From assembly GCA_039933295.1 (NCBI GenBank), contig JBDTOJ010000047.1, forward strand, positions 1,337-65,336: a stretch of 64,000 bases of DNA, in the 5' to 3' direction. The DNA comes from Chloroflexota bacterium. Its GTDB lineage: Bacteria > Chloroflexota > Limnocylindria > Limnocylindrales > CSP1-4. A program made the position numbers and the translations under genes. The notes under the pieces are model-generated. The model did not search any database. It saw nothing but the letters and a program-made list of their open reading frames with translations, and was not told the DNA's origin. Shown here in pieces: positions 61,890-64,000 of the stretch (position 1 is the first letter of the stretch; every line of letters begins with the position of its first letter).

Positions 61890-62464
61890 CGGGGGGCTGC
61901 GGTCCGTCGGGAGCCGGCGACCACCAACGCGATTCCGAGCGCCAGGATGAACGCAGGGCCAAGCGCCACGCCCGTCAGCCAGCCGGGAAGCAGCTGGCCG
62001 GCAAGAGCGACTGCCCCGAACACGACGAGCACGATTCCGACGACGAAGCCGGTCCGGCCGGGAGCCGAGGGCTCGGTTGCCGCTCGATGCTCATGGACCG
62101 GGGACGCGGCCCAGCTGCCGGCCGGCACTTGTCCGTGAGCATGGACGGACGAACGCGCCGGGAAACGGTCAATCGGCGTTCCGGCCTCGGCATCGGCTGC
62201 CGCGTCGGTGGTCACTGTCTCGTCGGTGACCGCCTCATCGGCGGTCGGTCGGGGCGATGGGGCTGCAGTGGCCGCAAGCGGCTCGATCGGCATGACGATG
62301 GCGAGGATCACGTAGAGCGGGATCGTGAACCCACCGAACAGGACGGACACGATCCAGGCGACGCGGACGGCGGTGGGGTCGAGCTCGAAGTACTCGGCGA
62401 TGCCGGACGCGACGCCGGCGATCTTTCGATCTGTCCGACAGCGATACAGACGACGGGTGTTCAC
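61886..62464 (-). CDS. PspC domain-containing membrane protein
   Basis: RLYRCRTDRKIAGVASGIAEYFELDPTAVRVAWIV is the PspC domain. It is followed by TM spans and an acidic/Thr-rich linker. Confidence 0.85.
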   Translation of the reverse strand: MNTRRLYRCRTDRKIAGVASGIAEYFELDPTAVRVAWIVSVLFGGFTIPLYVILAIVMPIEPLAATAAPSPRPTADEAVTDETVTTDAAADAEAGTPIDRFPARSSVHAHGQVPAGSWAASPVHEHRAATEPSAPGRTGFVVGIVLVVFGAVALAGQLLPGWLTGVALGPAFILALGIALVVAGSRRTAAPR

Positions 62465-63417
62465 TTGCAGCCTCCTTCGGGGGCGATGTCCACGCTACCA
62501 ACGTTGACCGAGATGGTCACGTCGGCGTGGTTGGGTGCCGATGCATAGCCCGGGGTCTCCCACACGTCCTGCGTGCGAGTGGCTCCGGCGTATTTGACGT
62601 CGCCGAGGGACACGTCCTGGTGGATCCGGAGGCCGAGGCCCGCCGGAACGCACACGCTGACGGAGCCCGCGTTGACATCGATGCTGGTGGTGAAGTTGAC
62701 CCCGTCCGGCAGCAGTACGGATGCGGCGGCTGCGTTGAGGTCGAGACTCAGGCGATCGATGGACGCGCCAATCAGTCCGAGCCGGAGGTCGCCGCCGTTG
62801 ATGTCCATCACCACCGCACCGAGCGTGGCGTTCGAAAGGTCGATATCGGCTTTGCCGGCGTTCACCGTGGTCGACACGTCGAGGGCCACGTCGGTGGGCA
62901 GGACGACCGCCCACGTGTCGCCGATCCACTTGTCGCCCAGGCCGACCCTGCGGCCGGCCGATCCAATCGAGAGGCGGCTGCCGGACGCGGTCACGTTGGC
63001 CGGGTGTGCGCTGTCGCCCTTGGTCTGGGCGTCCCACGAGCTGCCCGGGCGGGTCGTGAGGGTCACCGTGCCGCATGACATGGTCATGTCGACGCTGGCC
63101 GGACCGTCGAAGGTCCCAGTATGGTTCAGGAGCGACGTCGGGTTGCCCTGACCGCAGTTGACGTTGAAGGCGGGCGTCGCGATCGCCGCGCTGCCGAACA
63201 GGAGGCCGGGCAAGGCCGCGGCGAGGACTCCGGCGGGAAGCGCGAGACGCGTGCCCCGCAGGATGAGGGCGCCGCCGATCGCGATGATGGCCAGCGGCCA
63301 CAGGCCGAGGGCCCGCGCGGCCGTGGCGCCCGCGTCCTCGCCCCTGGCGATGAGCGTCAAGCCCCCCGCCGCGACGAGGAACACCCCGAGATAGAGGGTC
63401 TTTCGATTCACGTGCAT
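62461..63417 (-). CDS. LiaF-like / toastrack (DUF2154/DUF4097-type) envelope-stress membrane protein
   Basis: Two or three N-terminal TM spans, then a repetitive beta-rich region (VALDVSTTVNAGKADIDLSN, LSLDLNAAAASVLLPDG, TSIDVNAGSVSV, VTISVNVGSVDI). ATG 63417 is preceded by GGAGG 6 nt upstream. Confidence 0.65.
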   Translation of the reverse strand: MHVNRKTLYLGVFLVAAGGLTLIARGEDAGATAARALGLWPLAIIAIGGALILRGTRLALPAGVLAAALPGLLFGSAAIATPAFNVNCGQGNPTSLLNHTGTFDGPASVDMTMSCGTVTLTTRPGSSWDAQTKGDSAHPANVTASGSRLSIGSAGRRVGLGDKWIGDTWAVVLPTDVALDVSTTVNAGKADIDLSNATLGAVVMDINGGDLRLGLIGASIDRLSLDLNAAAASVLLPDGVNFTTSIDVNAGSVSVCVPAGLGLRIHQDVSLGDVKYAGATRTQDVWETPGYASAPNHADVTISVNVGSVDIAPEGGCK

Positions 63418-63593
63418 GTACTGCCTCCGGGCGTTCTCGCCACTGCGTTCGATGTCATGCCCAAACGCTACGGGTTTCAAGGCCACGCAACCAGCCGGTC
63501 ACCCGGCATCTTCGAGGTGGGGTTAGCCCCCGGTACGATCGGTTGCGCCGTCTCGTCGGCAGGGTCGATCCCGGTCCCAGGCCCGGCGGTCGT

Positions 63594-64000
63594 TCAGCCG
63601 GGGTCCTGAGAGCCAGCGGCCAGGATGACGTCCGTGGCGTCGTCGGCCACACCGCCGTAGTAGCGGTCCAGCACCGCCGGGAAGGTCGGATCATCGGGCG
63701 CCGCGCGATGGAAGAGCGTCATCGACGAGCGCACCTTCATGGAATCGATCCCTCCAAGGATCTCGGCCGCAGTCGGGCCGCGGAGCGTCAGCAGGGCCTC
63801 AGCACACTCCCGAAGGCGGGCACCCAGGACCGGATTCGCAAGATACGCCTGTGCCTCGTCGAGCGACGCGATCGCGTAGTGCCGCGACACGTCGCTCCGG
63901 CCGAGGCCAGTGATCTGCGGAAAGACGAACCAGATCCAATGGCCCGTCTTGCGACCACGTTGGAGCTCTGCGAGCGCGCCCGGATAACTTCGTTCCTGTG
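63594..64000 (-). CDS. DUF1810 family protein, C-terminal part in window (5' end beyond the window edge)
   Basis: Translating the minus strand through 63891-64000 gives ALAELQRGRKTGHWIWFVFPQITGLGRSDVSRHYAIASLDEAQAYLANPVLGARL...MKVRSSMTLF. This is the HWMWF.FPQ..GLG.S signature of DUF1810. Confidence 0.7.
   Translation of the reverse strand, partial: QERSYPGALAELQRGRKTGHWIWFVFPQITGLGRSDVSRHYAIASLDEAQAYLANPVLGARLRECAEALLTLRGPTAAEILGGIDSMKVRSSMTLFHRAAPDDPTFPAVLDRYYGGVADDATDVILAAGSQDPG

Overview
This is a 64-kb high-GC chromosomal segment. Third codon positions are almost saturated with G/C, which produces many long spurious antisense ORFs in the six-frame track. I can support about 58 protein-coding genes, two short intergenic tandem repeats, several stem-loops and a few candidate promoters or operators. 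I found no rRNA, tRNA, CRISPR array, transposase, integrase, phage structural gene or recognisable defence system.

Most of the content is carbohydrate and central metabolism:
- a ROK-regulated xylose locus (xylFHG, xylB, xylA);
- a gnd-zwf-GH15 glucoamylase operon;
- a large alpha-glucan cluster (GH57, LacI regulator, CUT1 ABC importer without its ATPase, two GH13 enzymes, glgP, glgA).

The rest is redox and stress functions (Ni-superoxide dismutase sodN with its protease sodX, F420-type enzymes, a marR-MFS pair, xthA) and cell-envelope functions (GH18 enzyme with CWB2 wall-binding repeats, a LysM protein, a TPM/DUF2207-like protein, and a LiaF-like/PspC/histidine-kinase/LuxR envelope-stress module).

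Lipobox signal peptides, F420 enzymes, Ni-SOD and the ATPase-less sugar importer suggest a monoderm high-GC lineage (Actinomycetota-like, or possibly Chloroflexota). The class II XylA, the CWB2 repeats and a DarA-like c-di-AMP receptor are more typical of Firmicutes, so I cannot place the organism.

I do not see an obvious new multi-gene system. The best leads are:
1. a self-contained 43-codon membrane-peptide gene, absent from the ORF track, with a near-consensus promoter overlapped by direct repeats and divergent from an atypical GntR regulator;
2. a tightly packed five-gene operon mixing cytoplasmic sugar oxidoreductases with a membrane-anchored PAP2/vanadium-haloperoxidase-like protein and a CRTAC1 (FG-GAP/ASPIC) protein;
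3. two tandem repeats that each begin at a gene's stop codon and re-iterate it;
4. a GH18-CWB2 / Cys-motif LysM divergent pair;
5. an envelope-stress two-component module whose regulator gene converges on, and overlaps, the kinase gene.

All functional calls come from motif recognition by eye. No database search was possible.
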